NCBI GenBank assembly: GCA_000934665.2
Contig: JYFJ02001343.1
Span: forward strand, 1 to 64,000
Source: Catajapyx aquilonaris
Lineage: Eukaryota
DNA length: 64,000 nucleotides
Direction of reading: 5' to 3'
The translations under genes were made by a program, and so were the position numbers. The notes beneath the pieces were generated by a model that saw only the letters and a list, made by a program, of their open reading frames with translations, searched no databases and was not told where the DNA came from. Of the stretch, positions 25,206-38,368 are shown piece by piece. Numbering within the stretch: position 1 is the stretch's first letter; every line of letters begins with the position of its first letter.

Positions 25206-27908
25206 TTATATATCGCTTTCGACAGGACTTGACGGATGATCCATCAAGGCAAGAATGCGTTCAAGTTGTTTTTGCACTTCCTCCAATCGATTGTGCACAC
25301 TATTTCTGAATTCGTCCACTTTACTGCCGTTGTTCAGTCCAATCAACTCAAGCCGGACAATATCTTTCTGGAGACGGTTCAATTGAGTTTCCTCCATTTC
25401 CTTGTCTTGAGCCTCCAGGAAGCGAGCCAAGATATCTAGAACGGTGCTTGGGACACTAGACACCATGGTTTGCTGATCGGTAAAAAGCTCTCCTGTTCGC
25501 ATGTTCAACGTAATTTGGCATCCAGGCAACGACGGCAGGATTAAATTATGATGAGTCACGGCATTGAAGGCTTCTTGAAGATAACGCAGCGGAAAGCAGC
25601 AACAACATGGAGTCAAACATCTGTTTCCAAGATAGGAAAAAAATTATTGTTATTAGTTTTTATGAATCACACTGTGGATTTAGTCTAAAGAAGAGCGCCT
25701 GGCAATTAGACTTCCTGCAAAACAGAAGAGGCTCATGGGTAGACCTTCAGTGTTAGGATAAAGTTGGGATGGATATGAACATGCAAGGTCCGGTACAGTA
25801 CACTGTACAGTACAGTATTATAAAACAGCTAAATATTCTTTAAGCCTGATGGCGCACTGTATTTACAGAACAATTCCTGTTAAAAGTGACTAGAAAAACT
25901 AGATTTCACATTAGGTTTTCCTGCATCATGCCTACCAATAATGTCGCGGAGGCAGGGTGATCATTAGTTATGAGACCAGTGCAATAAAAAGCTGACCACG
26001 GCAGCATCCGATCGATTTACTGCATGTGACTATCGTATAGTGGGCCTTGGGCAGAGAGCCAGTAAAATCTGCTGAGGGGTGAAAGGACAAAGAAATAAAA
26101 AAAGTGAATCGCGTTGTGGTATACCAACCTGTTGATGCAGCTGGAAAGTCTGGGCTTCCAAAAAAGATCCTCGACGTAACAGACCAGTCGGACCAGAGGC
26201 ATGATTCCGTACAACTCGGCTTCGTCGGCTATTTTCTGGGTATCACTGACGGCCAGAGCGTCCAGGAGGTTCATTAACACTAACATTATGAAGAACATAA
26301 AGATCAAAACTAGGATGAGTGTCGAGGTGAGAAGGTGTCCAAAGGGCAGATCGGCCAGGTCCATCTCGCCCAGCATCATCAACACGGTTTTGGAAGCTGC
26401 CATGGGAAAGCTGCGATAAAGGTCGCTGCTGCAAGTGTGCTCCGTACATTGCTGCAGGGTCAGATAAAATGCCAGGATGAATCCGGCTATGATGAACGAG
26501 AAGGGAACGAGCACTTTCACGTAGTTTTTGGCCACGGTGGTAAACATGGCGATGTACTTGGTGAAGGCGGGGAAACGTCCTATCAGGAAGGCGAGATCTA
26601 CCCATGTCAACAGAGGCCACAAGATGACGCAACTTTTTTTGGTGCTCTCCGGTATCCCGTCCAGGAATAGGACAGCTCCGGCCAGCCACACAATCAACAT
26701 TTCCACATAGTTCTCAATGTTCAGAAAGTAGAAGATACCCTTGTGCAGCAGCTGGTACAGCTCCCGGATTAGCATCAGGACGAAGAAGACGATGCACATG
26801 ATCCACAACAAACGAAGGTGTTCTGGATCGTGTTCGCCAATGAACGCGATTGCAAACACGGAAGAGACCATCACGAAACAAACGTAAAATATGAAGTTGA
26901 GCATAAAGAAAGGCAGGGCTCGTTTCCACTTGAGAAGCACAAAAGTAGTGATCACCGGATGCTTCAGGATAGCTCGATGTCGATTTGACCTCAACAAGTA
27001 CATCAATCTTTCCCACTCCGGCTTGTTATTGAACGGCTGGAACGATATGGTGATCTGAGCGTCTTCGTTTTCTCCAGTAGGCTGCTTGACCACAAATGTG
27101 TCCAAATATTCACGCAGGGTCTTGGCAGGCATGAGGTCCACTGGGCTTATCCCCCGTCGATCCCGATGCCACAGGTCGGCACCACTGCGTAAAAGTTCGA
27201 TAGTTGTACGGATTGATGAGTGTGTGGCTGCGTAATGAAGTGGGGTACGTCCTTCTCTATCCTCAACCTTATGACCAATATGACATGGTTTAATGACCAC
27301 TAATTTTGTAAATAAATTGTACGCTTACCTGGACATTGCCCCCATAATCCATAACAAGTCGCACCAAATTGGGTTCCTGGTTGTATGCCGCAAAGTGCAT
27401 GGGCGACCTTCCCCCTACGTCAACAGCTCGAGGGTCTACTCCACGTGTCAGCAGCACCCTGGCCACCTCAAAGTGAGCCATAAACAGGGCCTTGTGAAGT
27501 GCATTACGCCCACTGGCATCCACGCGATCCAGGTCTGCACCCGAGTCTAACAGGAATACCACGCAATCAACATGTCCCATCTCAGCAGCCGTACTCAGCA
27601 GGTTTTCATACTCCGGAGACATGAGGTCCTTCTGGTTCAGGAGTTGCTGAAGGACCTCCAGATGACCCTGGAAGGCCGCCCAGTGAATCGGGGTCCACTC
27701 AGACACGTGTCCGGCAGCCTCTTGCTGTACCTGCAAGCAACAAGTGAGTGTCATTACATTATTCTAACGATGGGATGTGATCAATTCAACTTACAGATGT
27801 GGTTGGCACGTCTGATTGGAGTGTTGGCTTGTAAAACCCATTCTCGTTGCCTTTTGGCTGCTCGTCCATGGTCGACTTCAGGTTGACTTCCGCAGAATGG
27901 CCTTGCAT
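25206..27908 (-). CDS. TRPA channel, painless-like, copy 4 (four exons)
   Basis: Exon 1 MQGHSAEV...PTTS, ankyrin exon (27730-27329), TM exon with HPVITTFVLLKW, MMLGEMD and MNLLDALAVSDTQ, then a coiled-coil exon. Confidence 0.9.
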
Positions 27909-28789
27909 CTTTGATATGCCTTGTGTATAGGTGGGCTAGTATGTGCTTGATCGATTTAACCTCTATATCGGGTTCTTCTCAGACATTCCGGCGCCCAGAA
28001 CGAGCTATCGGTCATCACGAATGGGGATTTGAGGGATAAACTCTATCTTTATACCTATGCTAATGAGCGTTATCTGACCATCTACCGTGATCGTTATTAA
28101 AGCAAAAGTACAGGCCGCTTGTTCGCCTGAATAGCTAAATATACTCTCACCAATAAATCCTAATTACGGTAAGTTTATTACATTCAACTGAAAACTGAAA
28201 CTGAAAATGCATTACACCGGGAAGAAAGGTCATTTCGCTCAATGTTACGCATTACTGAAACAGAGAGCTCATTATTATAGGCTGCCTTAATTTTATTAGA
28301 GTGCTTAGTGTGGTTTTGCCAAGTTTTGCCGAGATCCGTATAGGCTATCTATCTCTCACACAGTATAAAATGAAAATACCAGGAACAAGCACGTACGGGT
28401 ACGGAGTCCCAGAAGTTTTTTTTTTTTTAAAGTACCGGTAACAGGTACGGTAATTTATGCCCGCATTTACCTGAGCAAAAATTTATTGCGCAGTTATTAG
28501 ATTCGACAAAAATCGAGGTTCCATTTCTATTAATTGTGAGTGTGGGTATGAATGGCCCACTGTTGTAATGATTTTTTGCTGACTGACATACCTTGCGTTT
28601 TTCCTACCATGCAATGCCTCCTAAATAAGGCATATTATCAAGCATATTATACACCATGTAAGGATAGGCGGAATAAATGCACAATAAAATTTATTACACA
28701 GCGCAGCCGTCTGTTGTGACTTGTGCAGGACTTGTGTCTTGTGAGGAGAGCCAGTTTTTATTTGTACCGCAGCTGCTTGGTGTGACGCA

Positions 28790-28884
28790 ATCACTTCCGT
28801 TGGCGACACTGCGGCACCTTTTGGCATGCTTGTTCCAAGATGGCGCCGCCCATGATGTGCATTTGCACGGCGACTCTTGAATAA
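28790..28884 (+). promoter_or_regulatory. Probable SUV3 promoter/TSS region with an ETS-like and a YY1-like motif and a short uORF
   Basis: CACTTCCG near 28792 and CAAGATGGCG at 28836-28845 in a locally GC-richer patch; the ATG at 28840 opens a 14-codon ORF ending TAA at 28884. Confidence 0.45.
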
Positions 28885-29570
28885 TCTGTCCTGTGTACAG
28901 ATTAATTCTTCCTGGGCGTTGTTACTCGGTGAAGCACTGGACACCATCGCTGCATGTATTTTCCGGTAACAGGAAAACGAACGTAAGTGCATTCTATTCA
29001 TGCAGATTTAATTTGTCTCACCGGGCCTTGCACGTGGATTTTAATACATTACGAGTGTAATGTCCTTTTCCAGGATCTGAATCCGATTTACTTGCTCGTG
29101 ACTTATGCATGTACTCTATGAGCGGCCACACTAAATAAACATTTGTCTTTATATCTTGCTTGCACATCATGTTCATTGCACATGATGTCATCATTCAGGT
29201 GCTCCCATGTTACCACGCAGCAATTAATTTTCACAAGGGACTGCAAAAGTATATATTACAAGTGCATTCTGCCACTTTGACAGAGCCACCTTGCCCTTTT
29301 GGCTTATCCGAACTAGTTCGTGACTCATTGCATTGGCCCTACGCCGTGGACAGGTCCAATGCAAGCCTGAGGACTAGTTCTAAAATAGTTTGGAGTAGCC
29401 AAACAGGTCAGTTTTTGAAGGAACATTAGTGATCTCAGTATAATTTGCTTTAAGAGGACTCATTGAATGATTTGTCTCATATGTGCAAGACATTTGTTGT
29501 ACAATAAATAATATTGTGATCATTAAATTTGCTAATTTAACATTTCAGGTATTAAATCACTTGTTCTGCA

Positions 29571-31774
29571 ATGGCATGTCAAGCAGCTTTTGAAAAAGGC
29601 ATGAACACTCTTAGGAGGCATCTGCTACCACGGTTGAGCCATTGCTTCACCACCCTATCCAGCAGTATATCACCAGTGACTACTAAGCATCCTCTGGTCC
29701 TTCAGTGTCAGAAACGGGGGAAGAAGGATGATGTTTCAAATCTGTTTGTACCTGTTTCTGTACCAGTGAAGTCTAATCCAGATGACATTAATGTTGGAGC
29801 AGAGTTGTCAGGAAGCAAGCTGAACAAGCAAGAGGTGCTGAAGCTACTGAATGACTTCAACCGGAGGGATACAATTCGCATGCTTTCCTTTGAGAATGGT
29901 CTTGACAGTACGTACAGCACAAATACGGTGCATTCATGATTGAGGGAAATAATGGGTGCTGCTTTATTTGCTGAACTGCCAACTATGCCAGGATAAGTTT
30001 ATATGAGTTAACGGATCATTCTCAATATGATGACTTGCTCTCTCTAGCCATGAAAACAAAGCTGCTGTTTGTATTAGTACTTATTGTTATTAGATATTCT
30101 GTGTCCTTGACAGTAATGAGGAGATGCATTTTTTGTTAATACAGTAAAACCTGTCCATGTTGGACACTCACGGTTCCATTAAAATGTCCAACATAGGGAG
30201 GTGTCTAACATATTAGGATTTCAATCTCTCGGGTTTCATAGTGCAGGACAGTAATGTGGAGTACAACTCAAAGTACTGTACAGTATTCATCCAGTAATCA
30301 ACTTCCATTGCATGTTTATGTATTAATTTGCTTTTAGTACAGTCTACATACAATTCCTGAAACTGGCCTTCTTTTTGGTAAAAGATTAGGTAACAAGGGA
30401 CTGTTTTAAATTTGCCACCCTCTTGGACAGCACAAATTTGGTCAATAATTTCGTGGCACTAAAATGACTCAGGCATGCTTCACAAATTGTATTCAGACTT
30501 CAGCATGGTTCAATTTTAAGGAAAAACAAAAATGCACATAAAGTAAATGTGAAAATTGTACTGTACGTGTCCACCTTAAGAGGAAAAAAAGTGTCCAACT
30601 TCCAAGATAGAGAGCTGTACAACTTAGCAACATTGCAAGGGTTAGGCTTTTTGACGGTTCCAAAAATAATGACCAACATAGAGAGGTGGACAACTTATTG
30701 AGGTGTCCAACTTGACAGGTTTTACTGTACTTATTACTTTCATGTTGACCAAGACATTTTTCACTGATACTGATTTAATACTGAACACTTTATACAGTAT
30801 TCCAACTGACCCAATAAGAGCACTTCTTGTCTAACCTATGTTTGTTTCTTCGAAAGGCCAGTTGTTCCACCAGGCATTTGTGAGTTTTCGTCGCTCCTGC
30901 TTGGAAGTGGACACTCTTCCAGTGGACCTCCACATCATATTTAGTGACATCTTGCAAGGAGCAGGCCATGTAGATGATCTCTTCCCTTACTTCCTGAGGC
31001 ATGCAAAGGAGATTTTCCCTCATCTGGATTGCATGGATGAGCTCAAAGAGATCAGTGACTTGCGGTCTCCTGCCAGCTGGTAAATTCCACCTTTCACTTA
31101 TTTTGAAAATTATATTGTATTAGTTATTCATAGTATCCATGGAAGTCATCTTGCGTTTGCTCCAGTTGTTCTGTAAGGTATGAATATTTTAGGTATCTGG
31201 AAGCAAGAGCTATTACTAGGAAGATTATATTTCATGCTGGGCCTACCAATAGTGGAAAGACTCATCATGCATTAGAACGGCTTTTATCTGCCAAATCAGG
31301 AGTTTATTGTGGACCCCTGAAGCTTCTTGCCAACGAAGTCTTCCAAAAGTGCAATGACAGGGTGAGTATTGAACTCTGACAGCAAATTATTGATGTGAAA
31401 TTCAGACCAGGTCTAAAAAATGTGTTATGTTGATTAAGATGGGACTTTCGTGCAATATAAACCATCATTTAAGGTCCAAGGCAAATCAGAAGAATATACA
31501 ACTGACACCAGAGGGTGAATTAGAAGCGTCTCATATAAGCAGAACTTGCCTCCCCCATAAGATTTCAATAGTCAGTAAATAAGATTTTCAACATTCTAAA
31601 GGAGTTTTTCATGTGCAGGGAATTTTGTGTGACTTAGTTACTGGAGAGGAGCGAAAGTTTGCCTCACCCGAAAAGAGTGCAGCGGCACATGTCTCTTGCA
31701 CTGTTGAGATGACTTCTGTGAGCACACCATGTAAGTGGAACTGTAATGGTTTTTAATGAAGGGTGTTGATGCAT

Positions 31775-31818
<44 letters not shown>

Positions 31819-34800
31819 CACAATATAATTTTTCATTATATGAAGTTGCTCTTGTACATGTATCATAAATAACTCTTGCAATTCATGAACCTTAGATGAA
31901 GTGGCCATAATAGATGAGATCCAGATGCTCCGTGACATGTCCAGAGGATGGGCCTGGACCCGTGCTTTGTTGGGTGTGGCAGCAGAAGAAATTCACCTTT
32001 GTGGAGAAGAAGCATCAGTTGAATTGGTTAGGAGCATCCTCTTAACCACAGGAGAGGAGATGGAGGTCAGAAAGTATAAGAGACTGACTGACCTTGAGGT
32101 GGAGGACTCAGCTTTGGGATCATTGCAAAATGTGCTTCCTGGTGACTGCATAGTGTGCTTCAGCAAGAACGACATCTATTCCGTTTCCAAGAACATCGAG
32201 AGAATGGGCCATGAAGTTGCAGTTATTTATGGTGCATTGCCTCCAGGCACCAAGTTGGCACAGGCGCAAAAGTTCAATGATCCTGATAACCCTTGCAAGA
32301 TCTTGGTTGCTACTGATGCCATTGGAATGGGACTTAATTTGTGAGTTTTGTTCTTTCTGCAATTGATAGAGGCCCTTTTTTCCTTGAGTAGGTATGTGTC
32401 TGAGCATACCCTGCTGTCCGCTGTCAGTGCTTTCCTGTTGTTAGCATGGGCAAGTGTTGTCAAGCTAAACATGCATGCATCAGTTGATGATTGACAGGTG
32501 ATAAAGTATCAAAATAGTAAATGCTGCAGATTTTTAATTCCTTACTTTTACCTGTAGAAGGAGGTTTCAAGGATTGGTGTTTCTGTGTTTCCAATAATTT
32601 CTGGTGGAAATTGTAGCTGTTATTATCAGCTATATCTTTTTCCCCAATGATTATGCTTCATATTTGGGACTTGTCAATTTATTTAAAAAAATATTCATAT
32701 CGCCATATGTTGCATAGAAATTTTGATTCAAAGTTTTTTTTAGCAGTAGGAGATGCCAAGTGATTTAGTTTAGCATAACCTAAATGCAATGCCAACTACT
32801 ACATTAGTACATATGCAGTGGTTGCAAAGGTGTGCTTCTTGTGCATTTCTACATCGAAATTACCCTAATTGATTTTGGCAGCTTCACCTTCATTGCAGAC
32901 ATAATATATGGGATCCGGACTTTTCGCCCCCGCCGTTTCGCCCCGGCATATTGGCCCCCGTGACATATTCCACTTTGAAGCATTCTGCTGGGCATTTCTA
33001 GAAAAGTGACCTGGCCTTGTGTGTAGCCTGGCAATGGCGGGGGTGGGCGCTGATTGGCTCGCTGAACATTATTGCGGAAGGGATGGAGTTGCCCTTTGTC
33101 TTGGTGATGCTGTATGGCTTTTTGTTACCGCAACAGTACTGTCCATTCCTGTGGCCCTGCCAGGCATGGTACGTCGCCTGTGCGTGATATATTTAGTTTA
33201 TTGCGGAGCGAAAGCGGAGCTGAGCGCCTCTTGTGGGTTTCTGTATCGGCAACATTCACTGTCCGTCTTGTGGCGCCGCAGGCCAACAAACGTTATTGTG
33301 GCTTTGCCCACCACAACATACTGAGGGATGGAGTTGCCCTTTGTCTTGGTGATGCTTATTGTGGGTTTTGTCCTTGAGCATTCCATCAATATTTGTCCAT
33401 TCGAACAATTCGAGCACTTATTTTTATCCATGAGGATGCGTCTCCCTTAACAATGGGAGTACCAAAAACCAAACACACCCAAGGTCACCCAATGCCAACA
33501 AAGCTGATTTCTTGTCCCCTGGCAGTGGAAGTAAAATAAAATAAAATAAAATAAAATTTGCAATTACAATATTGTTCCCGTAAATAAAATGCACAATTTT
33601 GCAAAAAATTGCACAAATTTTCTCTTATTTACAATACAAAGCAATGGAGTCCAAAATGCTGCTGAGGTGTACACGGCGTGGGAGAAATTGTCACGGGGGC
33701 TAATACGCCGGAGGCGAAATGGTCATGGGGGCCAATATGCCGGGGGCGAAACGGCGGGGCCGAAAAGTCCGGATCCCATAATATATTGCTTATTAAGTTT
33801 TGTATGCTGAGGGTAGGGTCCATCCTGTATTCCAGGTCACACATGTAGTAGAAATGTTTCAGGTGGCCTGGCATACAGTGTACATGCCTTAACAAGTGAC
33901 TATCTCCACATGCACAATTTACAGACCGAACTTAAGCTATCAGTAAGGAAAAAATATTTTCCTTTGCTTATGAAAATGTTATTTTCAACTTCCATGAAAA
34001 ATTCCTGTGAGGTATCAAAAAACCAGTGCATGGATACCTCCTTCAGAAAAGAAACCAAATTTGCCATTGTTTTGAAGAAGTTATCTGTACTAATATTTGT
34101 ATTTGAATTATTAGGAGCATTAGACGTATAATATTTTACTCACTGATCAAACCAGTGATTAATGAGAAGGGAGAGAAGGAAATGGATACGATATCAACAT
34201 CACAAGCCCTTCAAGTAGCTGGCAGAGCTGGGCGATATGGGACACAGCATACAACGGTGAGTGTTTCTACAAGGCTAAGCGTCTGATGGCTCTCTTTATG
34301 GACATATATAGAGCATTCAGACTCTTAGCTGTGTAGAAACCTAAAGGGGAATATGTTTTCATTTCAGCCAGATGTACATTATTTCCACCTTTATCCACAG
34401 GGATATGTAACAACATTCAAAGCAGAGGATCTTCCTAGACTTCAACATATTCTAGCTCAACCTGTGGAGGTTCCCCATCAAGCTGGACTTCATCCAACAG
34501 CAGCTCAGATCGAATCATATGCATTTCACCTCCCTAATGCTACATTGTCGAATTTGGTGGTGAGTGTGACACTGGATCTGTTGCAGCAAGTTTGAATTAT
34601 TCATGCTTAAGGGGTGGTTACATGTGGAAACCTTATCAACGATCCGATCGTATGGCCAACCAGAACCAAGCGATCATATATATGATCAGATCACATCATA
34701 TGATCAACCTGGCGACCAACCGTGCAACCCGTCCAACTTTTAAGATGGCATCCCTTGAGTTTATGATGTCACCCAAGCTGGTCATACTCGTCGTTCTAGA

Positions 34801-36165
34801 AAGGTCAAGAGGGCTAAACCTTTCGGTTTCCGCTCAAACTTTTTCGTTTCGGACCGACCTGAAGTCGGATCGTCAGCCAAGTTGGAGGCTGTTGGATGGT
34901 TTTCAGATAGGTCTCCAACTTCCTATCTTACCTGTGTATTTCAAGTTGGCAGAAATTGGCCTGCGATGGGATCATATGATAAAGTTTCCACTTGTAAGCG
35001 CCCCTTTAGGTGCTCAAAGGCAATATGAAAATTAGCCTAAAAAGGAAAGCATATAGCATGCCGTCACTTGCCTGAACCTGTTGACTTCCCTGTAACCCTC
35101 TGTGACAATTGGAAGCAAAGTTGTGTCTTTTTAAGTGGTCATGATAATCTCTTTCGTACCTGCAGGATATATTTGTGAACCTGTGCATCGTGGATGATTC
35201 CTTGTACTTCATGTGCAACATGGATGACTTCAAGTTCCTCGCAGACATGATTCAGCACATCCCCTTGCCACTACGTGCCCGTTATGTCTTCTGTTGTGCT
35301 CCCATAAATAAGAAGATGCCCTTTGTGTGCACAATGTTCCTCAAATTTGCTCGCCAATATAGCAAGAATGAACCCATTACCTTCAACTGGATGTGTCGTC
35401 ACCTGGGATGGCCCTTCTCTCCTCCTAATAATCTGATGGACCTAGTGCATCTTGAGGCTGTGTTTGATGTCCTGGATCTCTACCTGTGGTTCAGCTACAG
35501 GTTCCAGGACTTGTTTCCAGATCAGGACTTGGTGAGAGACATGCAGAGGGAACTAGACAGTATCATCCAAGTGGGAGTAGCCAATATCACCAACCTCCTT
35601 AGGAGTACTGAGACTGGGATCAGCAGTGGAGTTGGGTCAGACTATGAAGATGATTTTGCCATGAAGAGGCAGAAGCAGTCTTATCTCAGAGGTTAGCATG
35701 TTACTTTCAAAGCGTCTTGCATTCTGGGTCTATCAAGTAGATGTGGTAATGATAACTGAAAACTGTTCGATTTGAAGTGGAATTAATTTTTTGTGGCCTG
35801 TCACAGCCTTGTAGCTATGGAAGATGAATTCACTCGTTTTTTTTTCTGTAGGACAAGATATGTCACCTGAGGGCAGAAATCCGAAAGGGAAGTCGCTCGG
35901 GTCATTAAAAAGGGCAGGTGAGTTCCAGATCTTGAAGACATTTAGGTTCATGCAGAAGAGTAACCAATTTTATTATTTCTGAAATTCAGGTCGAGGCAGG
36001 CTCACTGATCGTCTTCTAATGCAAGGCCTTCTGACACCCCGCATGTTGGAGCAGCTTCAAAGAGAGTGGCAACAAAAAGGTGTTAGTTCAGACTCTGAAG
36101 ATGATGATGACCCAACTGTACCAAAGTTGGGGAAAAAGGGCCGCAAGAAAGGTGGAAAGAGTTGA
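29571..36165 (+). CDS. SUPV3L1: Mitochondrial ATP-dependent RNA helicase SUV3, about ten coding exons
   Basis: Arg-rich targeting-like N-terminus; [15 protein letters not shown] (Walker A), AIIDEIQM...[51 protein letters not shown]; canonical splice sites in frame; stop at 36163-36165. Confidence 0.96.
30142..30727. mobile_element. pogo/Tigger-type MITE in a SUV3 intron
   Basis: TA-CAGTAAAACCTGTC...GACAGGTTTTACTG-TA. Confidence 0.8.
31778..31819. repeat. (GA)n microsatellite
   Basis: Read directly from the sequence. Confidence 0.95.
32910..33777. mobile_element. Non-autonomous Mutator-like (MULE) element in a SUV3 intron
   Basis: TIR GGGATCCGGACTTTTCG.../...CGAAAAGTCCGGATCCC; perfect 9-bp TSD ATAATATAT (32901-32909 and 33778-33786). 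Confidence 0.85.
34610..35005. mobile_element. PIF/Harbinger (Tourist-like) MITE in a SUV3 intron
   Basis: TTA-AGGGGTGGTTACATGTGGAAAC...GTTTCCACTTGTAAGCGCCCCT-TTA. Confidence 0.75.
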
Positions 36166-36976
36166 TATTCTTTGCAGCATACATGCTGATAATGAAATCA
36201 ATTTATTAAGACCTCGAATGTAGTCTTTTACTGATTGACTGTTGATGGACTTATTTTAAAAGTTCATTAATATATTCATTCGTGTGCTTCCAGAGTGGTG
36301 TCATTCTTGCCTTGTACCCATGGTGGCATTTCTTACAGGGAAATGAGGGGAAATGTATGCATGTATTATGTACATTTGTTGGGTAGCATACTGAGATGCT
36401 TGAAAAATTCAGCTGAAATTTCACCACTTATTAAGGGGAGCATCTGAGACAGTGAGTCCCAGAAGTGTCTAAATTAGTGCAGTCATGCAGAGATTGGTAC
36501 TGGTACAGTACCTCTGTCAGGTGTGAGTAGAGTGTGAATATGTTCTTCCAGGACCACGTCTTGACTGTGATGACTAAGAGGTCATCACAAACATGTTTCT
36601 AATTGGCGTGGAGACAGCCTTCTAATTAATGGTACAAATGTGCATTTGCATGAAATGGTTATTCGTAGGAGAGAGACAGGAGTCGTGAACTAATTTACAT
36701 GTAACTTCAAAAACTTGCTTTTGAGTCTTGGAACTCTGAAAACTGTCTTCAGCATCGTTTCCGAGTCAGTAGCACAAAAATGGATTATGGAGTTCTGACT
36801 GTTCTGTAATATGAGTTTAGAGATATTAATTTGATATGGCATCTTCCATATTTTTATAGGTAAGGCATGCTACAGTAAACAAGCAAGCCTACTGAAGTCT
36901 TTTCAGCTTGGAATAATAACAGAATAACCAATGCTGCTTGTTTATTTCAACTTGCAGTTCCTATAGTGACATTTAA

Positions 36977-38016
36977 CCCCTTAGGCCCCAGCTATACCCG
37001 CCATTGCCTATTTTTCCACGTACGAGTACTCTGAGGATACACACAAGATATTTAACACAAAATAACAGCTAGCGATGAGGGAAAACACTATGAATGAGTC
37101 TGGAACAATTTTCCTCGTCTAGAAGTCCTTCAATTAATTTCCAAAAATATTGCTGTAAGACTCGAAATTAGAGTATTCCTGCCAACTACTTGGCTGATTT
37201 AATTATAAAATACGGTAAAATACACGGAATAACAATATTGAGAATAGTGCGAGAAAATTTTTCTGAAATCATCGTACGTTGCAAGAAATAAATTATTTAT
37301 TACCTGCGGCTTTCCTGTTACTTCGTAATATCTCCCAAATTCATTTATTTCTCGTGAAGTACAACGATTTCAGCAACTTCGTCTGGCATGGTTCTCAATG
37401 TTAATATTCCGTATATTTAAATGTATTTCATAATTAAATCAGCCTAACAGTTGGCTCGCAATTCTCGAATTTCGAGTTTTTTTACAACGATCTTTTTGGA
37501 AATTAATTTAGGAACTTCTAGAGGAGGAAAAATTTTCTAAACACATTAATAGCATTTTCAAGGAACATGTCCTTATCTTCAGAGTACGTTTTAGGGAAAA
37601 TCTAGGCGATGGCCTAACAGTTGGCCAGTAGTACTTGAATTTCAAGTTATTACTTTTAAAAATTAATGTTGGGACTTCTAGACGAGTGAAAATTGTTTAC
37701 AACACATTCATAGTGTAGACTAGAGCATGAATGTGTCAGTGTATCTGTTATTATTATTTTGTGAAATATCTTGTCCTTTCAGAGTAAGTGCAAGCGAAAA
37801 TTTAGGATATGGAATTTACAGCCATCTTTTTGGAAAGTAATTTAGGGACTTCTAGATAAGGAATATTGTTTCCAAGATAATATGTTGTGTTTTCCGTGAA
37901 CTTGTAAGTATAGCTGTTATTATTGGTAAAATATATTATTTTTTATCTTCAGAGGACATGTAAGTTTATCAGAAACGAAAATCTAGGTGATGGCGGTATA
38001 GCTGGGGCCGAAAGGG
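36977..38016. mobile_element. piggyBac-type non-autonomous element
   Basis: TTAA-CCCCTTAGGCCCCAGCTATACC...GGTATAGCTGGGGCCGAAAGGG-TTAA; internal subrepeats. Confidence 0.8.
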
Positions 38017-38368
38017 TTAAATGGGTGATTTGAGTTCAGGTTTTGGAAAATGAAGTCTTCCAGGTTAGAAAATACAAAACCCTTTTTCTGTAGTGATCTG
38101 TTAACTGATCATGGCACGATATGCAGTCATTTCCTAGTGTCATGTTGTATATTATTTTCAGCTTGGCACATTTTACTAGACAGTTGGGACACTGTTTTGA
38201 AAATAATTGGTAGAAAATGATATCTGCCATGATTCTGCCAAAATTTGGGACTACCATGACTTCAAAAATATTTGATAGGACCTTGAATCACGGGTATGAG
38301 TGAAAGAATGGCATGTTTAAAAAAACATTATCTTGCGTAAGTGAACATAGTTTTTTGCAATATTTTGC

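Noticed and set aside
30027..30125. ATGATGA box-C-like motif in a SUV3 intron (possible snoRNA)
   Set aside because: No suitably placed box D or terminal stem.
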